A stretch of 63,845 nt of DNA, counting the filler, from Alcyonidium flabelliforme (lineage: Eukaryota): NCBI GenBank assembly GCA_026167845.1. It is 56 parts of 56 records of this genome, joined end to end, with 100 filler letters (N's around TTAATTAATTAA, not from the genome) between each part and the next. Parts side by side here need not be neighbours in the genome. Positions count along the whole stretch, not along the records: positions 23,436 to 24,487 come from JAOQFJ010000285.1; positions 24,588 to 25,639 come from JAOQFJ010000286.1; positions 25,740 to 26,791 come from JAOQFJ010000287.1; positions 26,892 to 27,942 come from JAOQFJ010000288.1; positions 28,043 to 29,092 come from JAOQFJ010000289.1; positions 29,193 to 30,240 come from JAOQFJ010000290.1; positions 30,341 to 31,384 come from JAOQFJ010000291.1; positions 31,485 to 32,525 come from JAOQFJ010000292.1; 48 more parts are not named here. One strand, given 5' to 3'. Position 1 is the stretch's first letter; each line of letters opens with the position of its first letter. Shown one piece after another: positions 23,336 through 37,179 of this stretch. Both the position numbers and the translations under genes were made by a program. Under the pieces are notes generated by a model. That model did no database searches. It was not told the DNA's origin and saw nothing but the letters and a program-made list of their open reading frames with translations.

Positions 23336-24587
23336 NNNNNNNNNNNNNNNNNNNNNNNNNNNNNNNNNNNNNNNNNNNNTTAATTAATTAANNNNNNNNN
23401 NNNNNNNNNNNNNNNNNNNNNNNNNNNNNNNNNNNAAAGATAATTTGGTTCGTTCAGTTAAACTTGTAATTGGTGATTCCTCGTTGAACAAAAAAGTAAA
23501 CGAGTTAATGCTGTCTCAACAATTGAGAGACCTGTCAACAAAATTGTTGTTTTGGTTAAGTGTTGTAATTAATACACGCTTTGAGGGGCTATTGATATAG
23601 ATGTTAATTAATAGGTAAATTGGTATTGTAAAATATTGATTGTTATCTATTAAACTGAGTTTATGTACGAGTCGAGCAGTGTGATTGTAACGTTATTNNN
23701 NNNNNNNGTGAGGGACAAACCTGAAAAAGTAATGGAATAAAAAATAACTTACACAATTTGTAACTGCAGTCCACTCGTGTATTATCGTTAATCTTCGTAT
23801 CTCCGTTGTTTGTTTATAAAGTCCTCGCCAGGTGGCACTATGTACTGACTATATAAGCTTGAGGCGTGGCATATTCGCGCCACTTTCAACATGATTGCGG
23901 TCGAGGCTGCTTTATGTAACAGCTCGTCCTGCACACTTGACATGCCAGGCGGACAAATGTGTTGTAAGTTATCATTTTCATAGTCTTTGCGTTTAGCATT
24001 TATTGAACATAAGATTCATTTAGTTAACTTACCAGCCTGTTATTAGTATGCATTTCATGTTTGTTATTAAACGGACTTTATTATGTTTGTGTACGTCATT
24101 TTCATCGTTTTGTACGTAAAGTTGTTCCTAGTTCTGTATTCTGTTATTTGTTTCAGTTTACGTGTTTATCTTGAACGTAACACAATAAACTCAGTAAAGC
24201 ATAAGTCAAGAGTTGTTCATAAAGCAGACCTGCACTTGAAAGTCTCAAGCTGGCCCGCAGCTACATTGATATCATCGGGAAAGTATGAACAATTTATTCG
24301 ATCAGACGTTTAAAAGGTTAGATATTCGTGTCGAGTGAGTTTGATGAGCATTCATGAGAGAATAATATTTTCTCAGCAGTCCACATTTGGGGGTAAATAC
24401 TTTGGGACACTCTGTTGAAGCTGTGAACCTCGTGCAACCATCATTAATATCAAGGCTTCGGGGCATTGGGCGATTCATGTGTGGTACNNNNNNNNNNNNN
24501 NNNNNNNNNNNNNNNNNNNNNNNNNNNNNNNTTAATTAATTAANNNNNNNNNNNNNNNNNNNNNNNNNNNNNNNNNNNNNNNNNNNN

Positions 24588-25638
24588 TTGATAAATCTGT
24601 ATTTTTAATTAATAACTTGCTATATGCAGGGTCTACAACATCACCGTATATAATTAACTTAACAGCCTGAGGCATTGTCAAATCGTAATCAGGTAACGGC
24701 AGATAGCGCTTCGCCTGTTTCTCGTACATTTCATGGATTCCATAACCCATTGTGTCAATCATATTCAATTGAACCATAGCTTGGGCAAGCTTATAATTAC
24801 GATACTTTTTTGGTCTTCTCTCTTCTGTTACATAATCCACAGGTTTACCTTCGAAAAAGCTTCATTCACTTTCAAAGATTAAACGATCTATTTTTTCAGA
24901 CACGATAATTCTAGAGTTTTTAGTGTAGTCCTGATGGGCTATACAGTTATGCAAAGCTTCTAAAACGACACGTTGATTATATTTATCGATTTCAACAGGA
25001 ATGAGCTCATCATCAGGTAAAATTCGTATTTGGAAATTACGTATCTTCTGGTATAGCTGTGTTGATGTTAATAAAAAAGGTGGATAGAAGTGTTCGTAAG
25101 CTCTTTCTTCCGCTTCTAAGCTCCATACCATAGCCGCAGGGTGAGGTGAAAGAAATCTAGCTGACTCTGGTTTGCCAAGAAGTAAAAGCGTAGATCTAGT
25201 AATTTTGCCATTTTCAGTTAATCTAGCTCTGTTTAGAAAATCTAAATCATCTAGCTCAAGCACTGCTTGGCTTTCGAGCCTTTGATCCATTTTTCTAGCA
25301 AAACCTTGCTTCGCTTTATTTAATGCATCCGGATCTAGGTCATTTATAGTCGCTTCTGATACTATTTGTGCCGACCAATCTATCCATTTTTCTTGTTGAT
25401 TAATCTCATTTAACTTGTCCAATCCTAATGCTACTAAACTTTCACCAGCTCTAGCGTAGTAATGCCCGTTGTAAGATATTGGCGAACCTTTAGGTGCTGC
25501 TGGAATTTGAAACATAACAACACCCCCTTTAGGATGTTGCAATTCAAAAATACTTCTAAAGGTGATTGTTGGTTGCGTATCTTGAGAAATCTGCTGACTC
25601 ACTGCTTGGATACGTTCAGAACTCTTAGCCTTGTAGTC
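24588..25638 (-). pseudogene. AlbA_2/Schlafen plus HATPase_c_4 domain protein with an in-frame TGA
   Basis: YYARAGES..DWSA..EALHNCIAHQDY..FESE*SFFEGKP..YRNYKLAQAM..IDTMGYGI. The two ORFs are in the same frame across TGA at 24862-24864. Confidence 0.8.
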
Positions 25639-26893
25639 TNNNNNNNNNNNNNNNNNNNNNNNNNNNNNNNNNNNNNNNNNNNNTTAATTAATTAANNNNN
25701 NNNNNNNNNNNNNNNNNNNNNNNNNNNNNNNNNNNNNNNAGCTGGGTCTTTGCTAGCCCAAAGGCTGATGTACGGCTCGTCATCGAGGAACCGTACATCA
25801 ACAGCCCAGGTCTTTCCATAGCGTACCGGCTCGTTCCATACAAGACCCCCATAGGTATCTAAAATATCGGACCTGGATTGGAGACCTCTGTTCCCCGAGG
25901 TGCCATGAGAAGTAGGTGGTCTTTGTTATCATGACATGTCGGGTGATCTTTCTGGATGTTCAGGAGAGGGACTACCGCTGGAGAGGAACGGTAGGCTTGG
26001 TGAGGCCAGGCGCCGAGTGTTGCTTCAGAGTATTCTTTCGAGCGGAAATAGGGGCTGATGTTGGTATTGATCACCGGGGCATGGAGACTGAAGACGGCCA
26101 GCCAAATCAAGTAGTTATGACTTAAAGCCTTCATGCTGGGATTTCCTGGTGGGAACTCTATCGCTTGGGAGAAATTTTATTCAAACAGCATAATGGAATG
26201 TTGGCATCACTTACGATTTTAAAACGAGTCGGCCTCGCTCAGGAGCCTCTTCAGAGCATTGTGGCTCTCCCAAAATCAAGCATGCTGCGTAACAATGGAG
26301 ATTGTTACTTGTTTCACCTTGCAGAATTCGGCTGATTTTTCTCAGCTGGAAGCACGGGTGTCACAAAAGGCAAGGAGTGATGGACTATTTTGATTTCCGA
26401 ATTAGCTTCGGGCTGTAGCTTGCCCACTGACGAATATCGTATATACATTCAGTTGTGCAGCAGCTAGTTACCAGATATTCAGCATCACAAGCAAAACTCC
26501 CGGGAATTCTTTCAGTGACCATCATATCATTAAAATACCACAACTTATTGCTTTTGTTTCTCTTCCCAATTCCCCAATTCCTAAGCAAATATTTCGGATG
26601 TCTCCCATTGCTACAGTGCTTCGCTCCATTTGGTCCCTTGGATGGGACGGGACGGGACGTACCTGACATGTGACATAAACAACTCAAAAACAATTAAATC
26701 ACGGCTCCTGAATAAGTTCATGGATGTTATCTAACCACTATATAACCTTGGAAAGTATGAACAAATTACAAAAGCTCGTTATGCCCGTTTGNNNNNNNNN
26801 NNNNNNNNNNNNNNNNNNNNNNNNNNNNNNNNNNNTTAATTAATTAANNNNNNNNNNNNNNNNNNNNNNNNNNNNNNNNNNNNNNNNNNNNAT

Positions 26894-27226
26894 GTAAATC
26901 TTACTGAGAAAGTAAAGGATATAACCTGGGGGAAACGTTCTAAGAAAAACGGTGATTTTGGTTGGCTATCCTCAATTTCTCAGCAACATCGTCAAAGTTT
27001 CAAGGTGGGTGAACGCTTGCCTTATGGCATATACACAACCAAACTGGCCGCGCTTAAACATGCGTTGAAGAGTGAGCAGGAATCAGTTAAATGGTATGAA
27101 GATAAACTATCTAAGGGTATTGATGATGCTGATGTATCTATATACCAAGAGGAACTTGAAGAGGCCAAGAGGATAGTTAAGGTGATCAAGGCGAGGATTA
27201 CCAAAGAGCGAAATAAAACCCCCTAA
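26894..27226 (+). CDS. Plasmid/phage hypothetical protein, 5' truncated
   Basis: Open from the contig edge: ..ITWGKRSKKNGDFGWL..FKVGERLPYGIYTTKLAALKHA.. with a coiled-coil tail. Confidence 0.6.
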   Translation, partial: VNLTEKVKDITWGKRSKKNGDFGWLSSISQQHRQSFKVGERLPYGIYTTKLAALKHALKSEQESVKWYEDKLSKGIDDADVSIYQEELEEAKRIVKVIKARITKERNKTP

Positions 27227-27298
27227 AACCTACCCTTGTTTTTTCCCTCCTAAATAAATTCACTTTGATATGGTTTCTCCTGAATTTACAAATTAGGC

Positions 27299-27790
27299 AT
27301 GCCTAATCGAAAAGAGGATATCCATATGCAAAGTTTTCAAGGCTCTAGCAGCAATAAAAACGCCCCTTTACCGACTAACTGGTCAAGCATTGAGGCTTAT
27401 GATCTTCATCTGATACAACATGCTATCGACCGTGCTTTTAAAGATGGCAAGGTTGTAGCGCTAACCGGTGACAGTGGGGTAGGTAAATCCGTTCTGGCAA
27501 ATAAAATCTGTCCTGACTCTTTACTGGAAGAAACTGCTATCCGAAAAGCGATGCTTCACGATAAGCCAATTACTTCAAATGCAATTCCTATCGCGACCAA
27601 AGGGGAGCTTGTAATTGATGAAGCTCAATTACTTTGTGCAGAATCAGACTGGAACAATTTCATAAACGTTACCAAGTCGCATGATATGAAGGTTCTGGTT
27701 GTTGCTCAGCAGCCTAGTGACTTCCCACAAGCGTTCATGGCTTCTCCGGACGTGGTTAGAGTTCATATCACAAAACCTATTTATAAATAA
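27299..27790 (+). CDS. Small P-loop ATPase
   Basis: Walker A GDSGVGKS and Walker B LVIDEAQ. The likely start is the ATG at 27326, after a GAGG RBS. Confidence 0.75.
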   Translation: MPNRKEDIHMQSFQGSSSNKNAPLPTNWSSIEAYDLHLIQHAIDRAFKDGKVVALTGDSGVGKSVLANKICPDSLLEETAIRKAMLHDKPITSNAIPIATKGELVIDEAQLLCAESDWNNFINVTKSHDMKVLVVAQQPSDFPQAFMASPDVVRVHITKPIYK

Positions 27791-28042
27791 TTTGTTATTA
27801 GCTTAGGGAGTGACAACGTGCGATTAAGGCGGGAAAAAGTGTGTAGTGCCTGTGGTCAATACGGCGGAACGCTGTTTGTCCATCAGGGAATGCACCTTTT
27901 ATCCCCTGGTATCCCGTAGGGAAAAATCCCCGTTGTTGAGCGNNNNNNNNNNNNNNNNNNNNNNNNNNNNNNNNNNNNNNNNNNNNTTAATTAATTAANN
28001 NNNNNNNNNNNNNNNNNNNNNNNNNNNNNNNNNNNNNNNNNN

Positions 28043-28545
28043 TGATCAGGCTGGAACTGGTAGAGTAACTGTCCAAGGGTCAGCATGATAGAAATTAAAA
28101 AACACATAGATTAAGCAAGAAGTGCCTATTATTAATTCTCAAGATACTGGTTTTTCACGAACCTTAAGATTGTTCAAAAACTAATTCACGCTCTAATGTG
28201 TATTATGTATTTCAACTGTCTGCTAAATGTGTAATGTAATAATTTCTCCACAGATGCCGCTATTCCATTTGTGTTGTACAGCTATCGCCCTCGAGGCTCA
28301 TTGTCGTTCACAGTTTGGAGTTTATTGTAATTTTAATATCCCGCTAGCTTCTATGTTATTATGTAAATGTATTTTGTATAGTCCGTTTTCACTGTATTTT
28401 CGCGGGTATTTTTATTGTGATGCCTTCGATGACCAGAGTGTGGTCGAACTAGAGCAATAGTGAAAGATTTTAAAACTTCTATGTGTTTTTTAATTTTTAT
28501 CATGCTGACCCTTGGACAGTTACTCTACCAGTTGCAGCCTGACCA
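28043..28545. mobile_element. Foldback element or MITE with inverted repeats of at least 68 bp
   Basis: 28043-28110 is the near-perfect reverse complement of 28478-28545. Confidence 0.85.
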
Positions 28546-28642
28546 TAGAGCTCTTTTTCGCCGATACGAAAAAACGCTTATAAAGCTCCATCAAGCAAGA
28601 AATTGTCGTGTATTCAACCAGCAATGTTAAATGTAAATATAT

Positions 28643-29050
28643 CGGGTGATTCAGAAAAAACTGCCTGAACGTTGACGCTTAATATCTCAAAAATCGTTCT
28701 TTGAAAAAAATAGAAAAATTGGACATGACTAGAAAAACATATTTTTAACTACTGGTAACATTTTCATAATTGCCCATTGCATAATATAAAAATGGCTGGC
28801 TTAAAAAAAATACAATTCAAATTCACCAATGTGCAATTGATGACTCATGCCGCACCGCAGGTATCTGACTAAAAATATCAACAAAAAATGTCAAAATTCA
28901 TAATTGGCAGCTACAATTGCATGAACAGATTTAAACAAGGTAGAATTCTAATTGTTCTAGACCAGTTTATTTTATTTTTGAGAGAATATGGTGTTCAGTG
29001 AAAGTTACAAAGCAGTTATTGAAGCATGCTTCAAAGAAAAAGGCTGACGC
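28643..29050 (+). mobile_element. Possible Tc1/mariner left end with a decayed transposase start
   Basis: CGGGTGATTCAGAAAAAA terminus-like sequence; MVFSESYKAVIEACFKEKG* at 28988. Confidence 0.3.
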
Positions 29051-30340
29051 AACCCTATAGATTACTCGATTTGGGTTTTGCCGAGGAGTGGGNNNNNNNN
29101 NNNNNNNNNNNNNNNNNNNNNNNNNNNNNNNNNNNNTTAATTAATTAANNNNNNNNNNNNNNNNNNNNNNNNNNNNNNNNNNNNNNNNNNNNAGAGGTGG
29201 TTGACTGGCACTGAGGTAGGCAGAGATCCGAGCCAACAGATACGAGGTCGCGATCCACAGTGGATGGAACCTGGATCAATCGAGCAGCCTGGTTGCCCAT
29301 GATAGTGACAATCACAGCCGCCTTCGTGCTTTTGCACCGAGTGGGCCAACGCCTGATAAATAACTAGGCCCCCATGGTTTTGATGATATTCCATGCCAGG
29401 CCACTCGGCAGGGCCAGGAGCAATGTTTGCTTTTAGTTTGGCGCTGTCATGGAAGAGCGTTTGTATGCCATTTGAGAATGCCAGATCATTTTCACCACAT
29501 ATTTGCGAGGATGGCGGTGTGATTTGTTGTTCCATCTGTGGAATTCCACCCGTAGATAACATATTTGCAGGCATCTTTTGCAGACAGACGAAGAAAGTAA
29601 CAAGCGGTAAAGTCCTACACAGCACTATAGATGTATTGTCCGGATGCCACGCTTAACTAGTCTGGGTGCAAGCATGGGATGCCGGTAGAAGTATCCAAAG
29701 ACTTATGACTAGCTAGGAGAAAGTCGACTCAGTAGTAGCAACCTTTGTGACCTTCGGAATTCCCACAGCATCAAGCTTTTATTTGAGAGGCGAAAAGAGT
29801 GGCCGAGTTAATGTTCCCCATCCCACGGACAGCGTTGAATAACGGAAACCTGCTTATTTCTACGTTAGATTACGCCTTGATAGATTTGTTGACAATGATA
29901 GGGAGTTGATAGTTGAAAATCCCGTCGATTAAACAGTGATCAAACGCCTGCGAGGTTTACTTCAACATGGCGTTATCGTTGACCGCAATCTCAAACAAGG
30001 CGTGATGAACATGAACGCCAGGGCCTAACATTTATACGGAGTCTCAACAACCGTTGATGACCGTTTCTTCAACTCCCGCATATCAAGTCTGGCTACCCAA
30101 GGATGGGTGATTTAACACAACAGTTATTAGCAAAATGGAGATAGGGGCGTCCAACAGCTCGCCAAAGTCTAAGTTGATTGGAAATCAACTTGGTTCTTTG
30201 TATAGACTCCTCAGGATTTATTCCGATGGTGCGGCTTGGTNNNNNNNNNNNNNNNNNNNNNNNNNNNNNNNNNNNNNNNNNNNNTTAATTAATTAANNNN
30301 NNNNNNNNNNNNNNNNNNNNNNNNNNNNNNNNNNNNNNNN

Positions 30341-30370
30341 GACAGCCAGACAGCCAGGCAGCCAGGCAGC

Positions 30371-30450
<80 letters not shown>

Positions 30451-30452
30451 TA
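30341..30452. repeat. Compound tetranucleotide microsatellite (CAGC/CAGG/CAGA)n
   Basis: Directly visible in the sequence. Confidence 0.95.
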
Positions 30453-33400
30453 GATTTTAAAATTCAGTATGTTAATTACGCAAAATAGCAGAAAAATGGC
30501 GTGTAACGCGTAATACTCGAGATCAATGTGCGTGGAAATAAGTAATATATTAGGACCATGTCGACGTATTTGCATACAAAAAAGTAGTTTTTCGTTCAAT
30601 AGTGGACAGAACTCGAAGCCAGTAAGGGTAAGTGATAGCGTCTGCGCGTGACACGAGCAAAATCGCGTATTTTGGCTGAAGTGCCGAAGTGTAACGCTTC
30701 AAGAAAATATTCTGTCTCACTTCGAAAATGTAAGAAGAAGCAAGTGAAAAGACTCTGGTAAGTTGCGTTTTTTTTGTTATTATTTAATGTCTATAACATA
30801 TTTTTGGATGTCGGTTAGTTTGTAGCTATGCGGTTACTGAAAGCGAAAATATTAAGAATGAAAGTACCACTGAATAAATGTTAAACATTCATTTTGTGTA
30901 ATTTTTGACCCACCGGTTTTGAAATATATGTTCATCAGTTATAAATATTTAAGCGTAATACTTAACTATTCTTCACAAAAAGAACAATTTTATTGATACA
31001 AAGTATGTTAAGAGAAAAATTATTTCGATACATGCCTATAGTGATAAAATATTATGTTTCAAAGTCGCACTGAACAAATGTTAAACAATCACGTTTGGCG
31101 ATCTCGATTACACGTAACTTGCAGGTGCTTCGTATTGTTTGTTCACTATGCGTTTTAAAATTTTACTGACAGCGACAGTATAAGGCGGTACAATGTTGAG
31201 GCTTTAATAGCAAGCTAATTATCAGTGGAATTCAATATTTATAAATGCACCAGAAATACGCAAAAATTAAGCTTGTTTGCAAGTGGTAAACTACGTTCTT
31301 TGGGTTGTTTTTTTAGCCGAAAGAGACAACGGAACAGGCGGTATTATTCTAAAAATAAGGACAAAGTTACCGCAAGACAGCGAANNNNNNNNNNNNNNNN
31401 NNNNNNNNNNNNNNNNNNNNNNNNNNNNTTAATTAATTAANNNNNNNNNNNNNNNNNNNNNNNNNNNNNNNNNNNNNNNNNNNNGTCTGACGGAAGCACT
31501 AGGAAGCATACTCGAGCAACGGAGGTTGGGCTTGTATATATAGCTCTATGTCAATATTCAGTCTCCAACTAGAGTTTCCTTGGACTTCGAATGGGCTCAC
31601 ATCTTACGGGTCTTGAACGGTCCGTTTGAACTCTTTTGGACCATATATGGTTAACCGGCCCAGGTTTGAAACGGTGGGGAGAACCCGAGGTCTACATTGT
31701 GCAATGCAACGATGAAATCGCACAGTGCCTTATGTACCTCCCGCCTGTGACCGTAGCAAGACTTTTCGTGCTCTCCAACCCTGAGATGCCTATGTACCGG
31801 CTAGGACGGAAATGGCAGAGAAGATTGGAGTAGTATACACTGTCAACCCAAGACTCGTAGCACGTTTTCACATTTTCACAGAGAAACCGCTATGCACGCC
31901 AAACTGATAGCATACCCTCGGCTGACGGCGAGTAAACACAGCCAGCTTAGAGACTAAGGGAACCATGGCCTTTGCGACAACAGAAAGAACGAGTGCCGCA
32001 TGTGACAGACTTAACGCGTGCCACACAGTCGAGACTGAGCCAAATCGCGTACCCCGGTATATGATTTCTAATCACGGGAAAACGGAAATTATGCGACAGG
32101 GATAATTCTATGTTAACCCACAATACATTCTCGATATCTGGTTGAGTGGCGGCACTATTGAGTCGCGACCAATTCGAATGTGGAGTAGCTTACGAGGTCC
32201 AACGAATCAGACTCTTATATTCACAGATCGCCCAAAACCTACCTTTTACGAACGTAGATCGGCATATGATCCACTACTGTTGCCGCAAATATCTTACGGC
32301 GTGTACCATACTGTAGATTGGCGATCATTGATGGACTGCTTGATGTACCGGGAGGAGAGAGTAAACCGGAAATTAACCACTACCAGTTCCTGCTCGGCGC
32401 GATACGCGCTGTCTGATAGAGCTTTTCGAGTACTTAGCGGCGGGAAGTCCGGGCCAAAGTATACCGTCCAGAGTAACCGAAAAGACCAGGTAGATCACTA
32501 ACATACAGGGATAGCGGCGGTCGAGNNNNNNNNNNNNNNNNNNNNNNNNNNNNNNNNNNNNNNNNNNNNTTAATTAATTAANNNNNNNNNNNNNNNNNNN
32601 NNNNNNNNNNNNNNNNNNNNNNNNNAAATGAATTTGCTTTTGATGTACACTGCACCCGCGTTACTTTCTCTTATCTGCCAGGATGCTACTGGGAATTGCT
32701 TGTCATCTTTTGGGGAACAGTAACACTCATACCTAAGAAAACGCAGTTTGAAATAAGAATGCTTACTTTGTACCTCATTTACGGAATAGGAAAATGAATC
32801 ACATTACTTTCCTTCAATGTCATCGCTCTTTGTGCATAACTTTTATTTGAACTGTTGTTCACCACCCGCTGTATCTGATCCAATATTTTCTTTTGGCAAA
32901 ATCACCCTTTACTAAAGCAATTTCTAATAAAAGTATCAATTCTTTTTTTACTATAAATAATCCTCTTCTTCGAAATACTACAGTTTAAATTAAAAAGCAC
33001 TCGTCTTCAGCAGTCCTAGACCTGTATGATTTCCAAGGTAATGTTTAAAGGCCACATCAAGACCTTTTCAACTGCGACACACATCCACTAATTTGTCAGT
33101 TAACTGATNNNNNNNNNNCGAGTAAGGCAGGATGGATCAGTTGACTGAAAAAGTAACCACGAGCGGACAGGACGCTCTCAAGATCTTTTTTAATCTTCAA
33201 AACGTGACGTCTTTAATTACAGAGAAAATTTGGCGCCATTTTGGTTTATGCAAATGATGATTTAAACGTTGACTTACTTCATGTGACAAAGTTAGTTCGT
33301 TAGATTTTTTTTATAGTTAATTTTAGAACATTTTTGGTTCAGCTCGACCCAAAGTTGCACGCCGTACTACGGCGTATTATCAACTGCACTGTGAAACCGC

Positions 33401-33766
33401 GGCAAATTTCAGCTTAAAATGTTCGTTGTGAAACGCGACGAAAATAACTGGTTCATAAATTTACTCAACATTTCTTTTCCATAACCCTAAAACCCCCAAA
33501 TCTCCGATGAAATGTGATTTTCCCCGTCATTCTCTTGATATAAACCTATAACAAGCTTTTAAACATTTTAATTTGCGGCCATTTTGGATTTATGCAAATT
33601 AAAAAAATGCCCAAAGTTGACAATTCTGTAACCTTGCTAAAATCACCTTATTACCCATTGGGCTCANNNNNNNNNNNNNNNNNNNNNNNNNNNNNNNNNN
33701 NNNNNNNNNNTTAATTAATTAANNNNNNNNNNNNNNNNNNNNNNNNNNNNNNNNNNNNNNNNNNNN

Positions 33767-34805
33767 GCGATGCACCGCGCGAATCCAATTGGCCAGTGGC
33801 CGCCCATGCCGATTGGCGCACGCCACTTCGGCTCCTTCAATCGCAACATTGCCGACGCAAACCCAGCATGCCATCCTCTTTGATCCTGCACACCCGGAAA
33901 GAGATCATCATATCCAACTTCGCGATTCTCACCGGCAACTCCACCGTCCCAAAGAAGGGGAGCGAGGAGCCATACGCCAACACCCCATGCGGGGCGTCGT
34001 TGTCCTTGATCAAGGCCCGATAAGTAGGTGACAAATGATCAAAGACGCCTTTCGCCAATAATTGGTGGTCGCATCGGAATCCACCAACATCTGCGTCACG
34101 GCACCAGCTACACGACAGGTCACAAACATACTCGGGTGGAACCTCCGTAACTCCGGGACGTCAATGTCGGCTGCCGAGGCCTCTGCGCTGTGAGGGCGTG
34201 CTACGGGGCGCGCCCCGCTACCATCCGACTCTCTCCGCGACACTGACGCCGGGTTGGGTTGTGGTCCCCCTTTGGGTCGTCCTGGTGTGGCGACTGTATG
34301 CAGTCGCCGTAGTTGGTCCCCTCTTCCTGTCCCTGGGGCCCACAGCCGGGGGTAGCGCTATGGGTTGTGGACCCCTCTAGTTACCCGCCCATGGCATGAT
34401 GGCACGGGGGCAGGTGGCAGCAAAGTGCCCTTCCTGTCCATAGACATAGCACGCCCCCGCGGGCGATGTTCCATCCTCATCGGCTGTGTCGCGGACGCCA
34501 GGGGCTGGTAGTGTCTCTGGGGCGGTGACCGACTCGCGGCAGGTGTCAGCCTGTCCAGGCGGGCCGTGAGCGCGCGAATCGCTACCAGCAGCTCGCGCTG
34601 GATTTCCATATCATCATCTGACCGAAGATGCTACGAAGGTCCCCCATCCCCTCCGCAAAACCGGGCACAGGAAGCGCGACGTTACCGCCTGCTTGTTCCC
34701 GCGCCGACCCCGCCGCGGACTCCGGCACAGGATGCGTGACATTACTGCCTGCTTGTTCCCGTGCCGACGTAGCCGCGGCCCGCGCCGCCTCCACGACGGT
34801 GCGCG
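33767..34805 (-). mobile_element. Degenerate Gypsy gag-protease region
   Basis: MFVTCRVAG..MLVDSDATTNY (degenerate D-S-G active site), then a frameshift into ..LAYGSSLPFFGTVELPVRI..DGMLG. A 60-bp duplication lies at about 34663-34770. Confidence 0.7.
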
Positions 34806-36043
34806 NNNNNNNNNNNNNNNNNNNNNNNNNNNNNNNNNNNNNNNNNNNNTTAATTAATTAANNNNNNNNNNNNNNNNNNNNNNNNNNNNNNNNNNNNNNN
34901 NNNNNACGAACATGGAAATTCCCGAAAAATATTTGTAGATGATCGTAAATCGGGGTCAAACACTACCAGTGCACGTAAATAGAATCCGATCAATCAATAA
35001 CAGAAATAGCTAGTTGAATGCCTATGGCGTCATTAAATAATAACCATTTTTCAATACTTGATGTATCAAATAATGGACAAATTGTGGTAGCGTGCAAAGT
35101 ACCTGCATTGGCTGCTGCCGTTCTGGCGGATGATCTGGCGTCCTCTGCCGCCGTGTTTAAAACATAGCGTTTGCTATAGGGTACGTAATATGTTTGGCTA
35201 ATCTTCCGGAATAAATAAACGAAAAAAGGTGCCGTCCCAAAAATATTTTTTGCTTTCTAGAAAATTATTTTTTTTGTGACCTAAGATCGTTCTCGATCAA
35301 AATCTTCTGCGATCACTCATTTCCTGAAACATTCATCGTAAATTCATATCTAGTAAAAAAAAACAGCTGATCAATGAATGACGGCATGTCACTTAGGCCT
35401 ACAGCAAATCACAGTGCGAAAGTTGGCTAGGCTACGGGTTAGCCACTGAAAAAACAAGTGAACCGTCAACATGCGGTATGCTTGAAATAGAATTGTCAAG
35501 TAAAGAGTTTTAAATCAATAAATTTTAAATAATTCTTTTTATTTTGAACTGCATTAATTATTTTGTTGATAAAATTGGTCTGACTATATCTAAAAAAATA
35601 TGACTTAAACATGTTTATGCCTGACCAGAAGCTGTGAGATTTAATTTATCATGGTGGATGCCGGTCCAGAGCCGTCGCCAAAAAAAAGCAGTACACCACG
35701 TAGGTCAGCTGGGAAGAATTTTCCATCGCGATTGAATGTTTATAGTGCGAACGGTCATAATTGCGATCAAAATTTTGTTAGTTTGATTTTCTAGCTAATA
35801 TTTTAATCGCGATTGCTGGTGCGAACAGGGCTTAAGATTAAAAAGATTGACATAAGGCGTGTCTTGTTATACACGGTCCCGTCCTAGATTAATGATTCAC
35901 TCAGTCTGGATTTCCTTGCAAAAAATATAGTTTACATTAATTTNNNNNNNNNNNNNNNNNNNNNNNNNNNNNNNNNNNNNNNNNNNNTTAATTAATTAAN
36001 NNNNNNNNNNNNNNNNNNNNNNNNNNNNNNNNNNNNNNNNNNN

Positions 36044-36110
36044 GATTTGAACCTGCCACCTTTGGTTTACTGGGATAGCCACTTGTCCCTTACCACATGG
36101 TGCTTATAGG
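36044..36110 (-). mobile_element. tRNA-derived SINE head fragment
   Basis: Minus strand carries a B-box GGTTCAAATC at the contig edge. Confidence 0.4.
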
Positions 36111-37179
36111 TTGGTTAGCCAAGTAATTAGTTTAAAGAAGTAGCACAGAATACGTTTCAAGTGTTTTTATAAAGATGTTGTATTGTTGAACATAAAATAC
36201 CCAAAGAAAACATTAAAATCCTAACCCATTTTTTAAAAAAACCGATTTTCTCACCGAATTTAGCCTTCGCCAATAATTACAGTTTAGTATATAATAAATT
36301 GATTTTGTACATATTTTGTTACAATTTTTCGTTTGAAACCACGGTAAATTGCAGTTGAGTTTGGTAGTTAAAAACCCGGCATCGGCGACTTATTCGCTTC
36401 CGGGTTCGCTTCACTGCGATTCACAAGAGTTTTGTAGAAAAAAAAACAGAAAAAGAAGAGACTGAGAAGAAAATTTCAATTACTGTTTGGTGTAGTTCAT
36501 ATTTTTTGTCAGTCGCTGTCCATCAATGTATTTAAATAATACTGTACTCCGGGCCGGACGGACAGTCAGTTCACGTCGACAGAGACTGGACACCGGTTCG
36601 GCCGTGTAGCGATGTGTGCGCGGGTTCCAGACAAATATTCTATGGAAAAACAGCCAAATTTACTCCAATACAAAGAAAATTCTTGAATATTTACTTGTTG
36701 TTAGATAATCTGAGATTCCCACGCTGTCGGCAATCTCAGTGGCTGTGCCTGTCGAGTGTCGGACACCGGCCGGCACAAATTTGGAATTTCCCGACAACCA
36801 CACAACAGGTCTGCACTCTTCTTCAGTTCCCTTGATTTGGCAAAATTCCGAACGAACAACTACGACACAAGAGAATATGTTTACCAAAATGAGACTCTTT
36901 CAACACATTTAGTAAATGTGTTGGCAGATCCCCGGGGGCAGATCAGGCAGGTGGTCGGTCTTTTGTAGAGGTCTATATTTAGAACTTGACAGGAGTGCGC
37001 AGACCCGGCCTGAGTAGGTGTTTTCGACCAGGGTTTTCGACGGGTGTGCAGGTCGGGGGTGCAGGTATGTTTTTACGGTNNNNNNNNNNNNNNNNNNNNN
37101 NNNNNNNNNNNNNNNNNNNNNNNTTAATTAATTAANNNNNNNNNNNNNNNNNNNNNNNNNNNNNNNNNNNNNNNNNNNN

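Noticed and set aside
23698..23707. Short internal N runs (also 33109-33118)
   Set aside because: These are 10-N scaffold gaps, not biological features.
29137..29656. ORFs in a fungal-like contig
   Set aside because: No motif support, and they are mutually overlapping antisense frames.
30285..30599. ORF with LSVC/LPAC repeats
   Set aside because: It is a translation of a microsatellite running into the linker.
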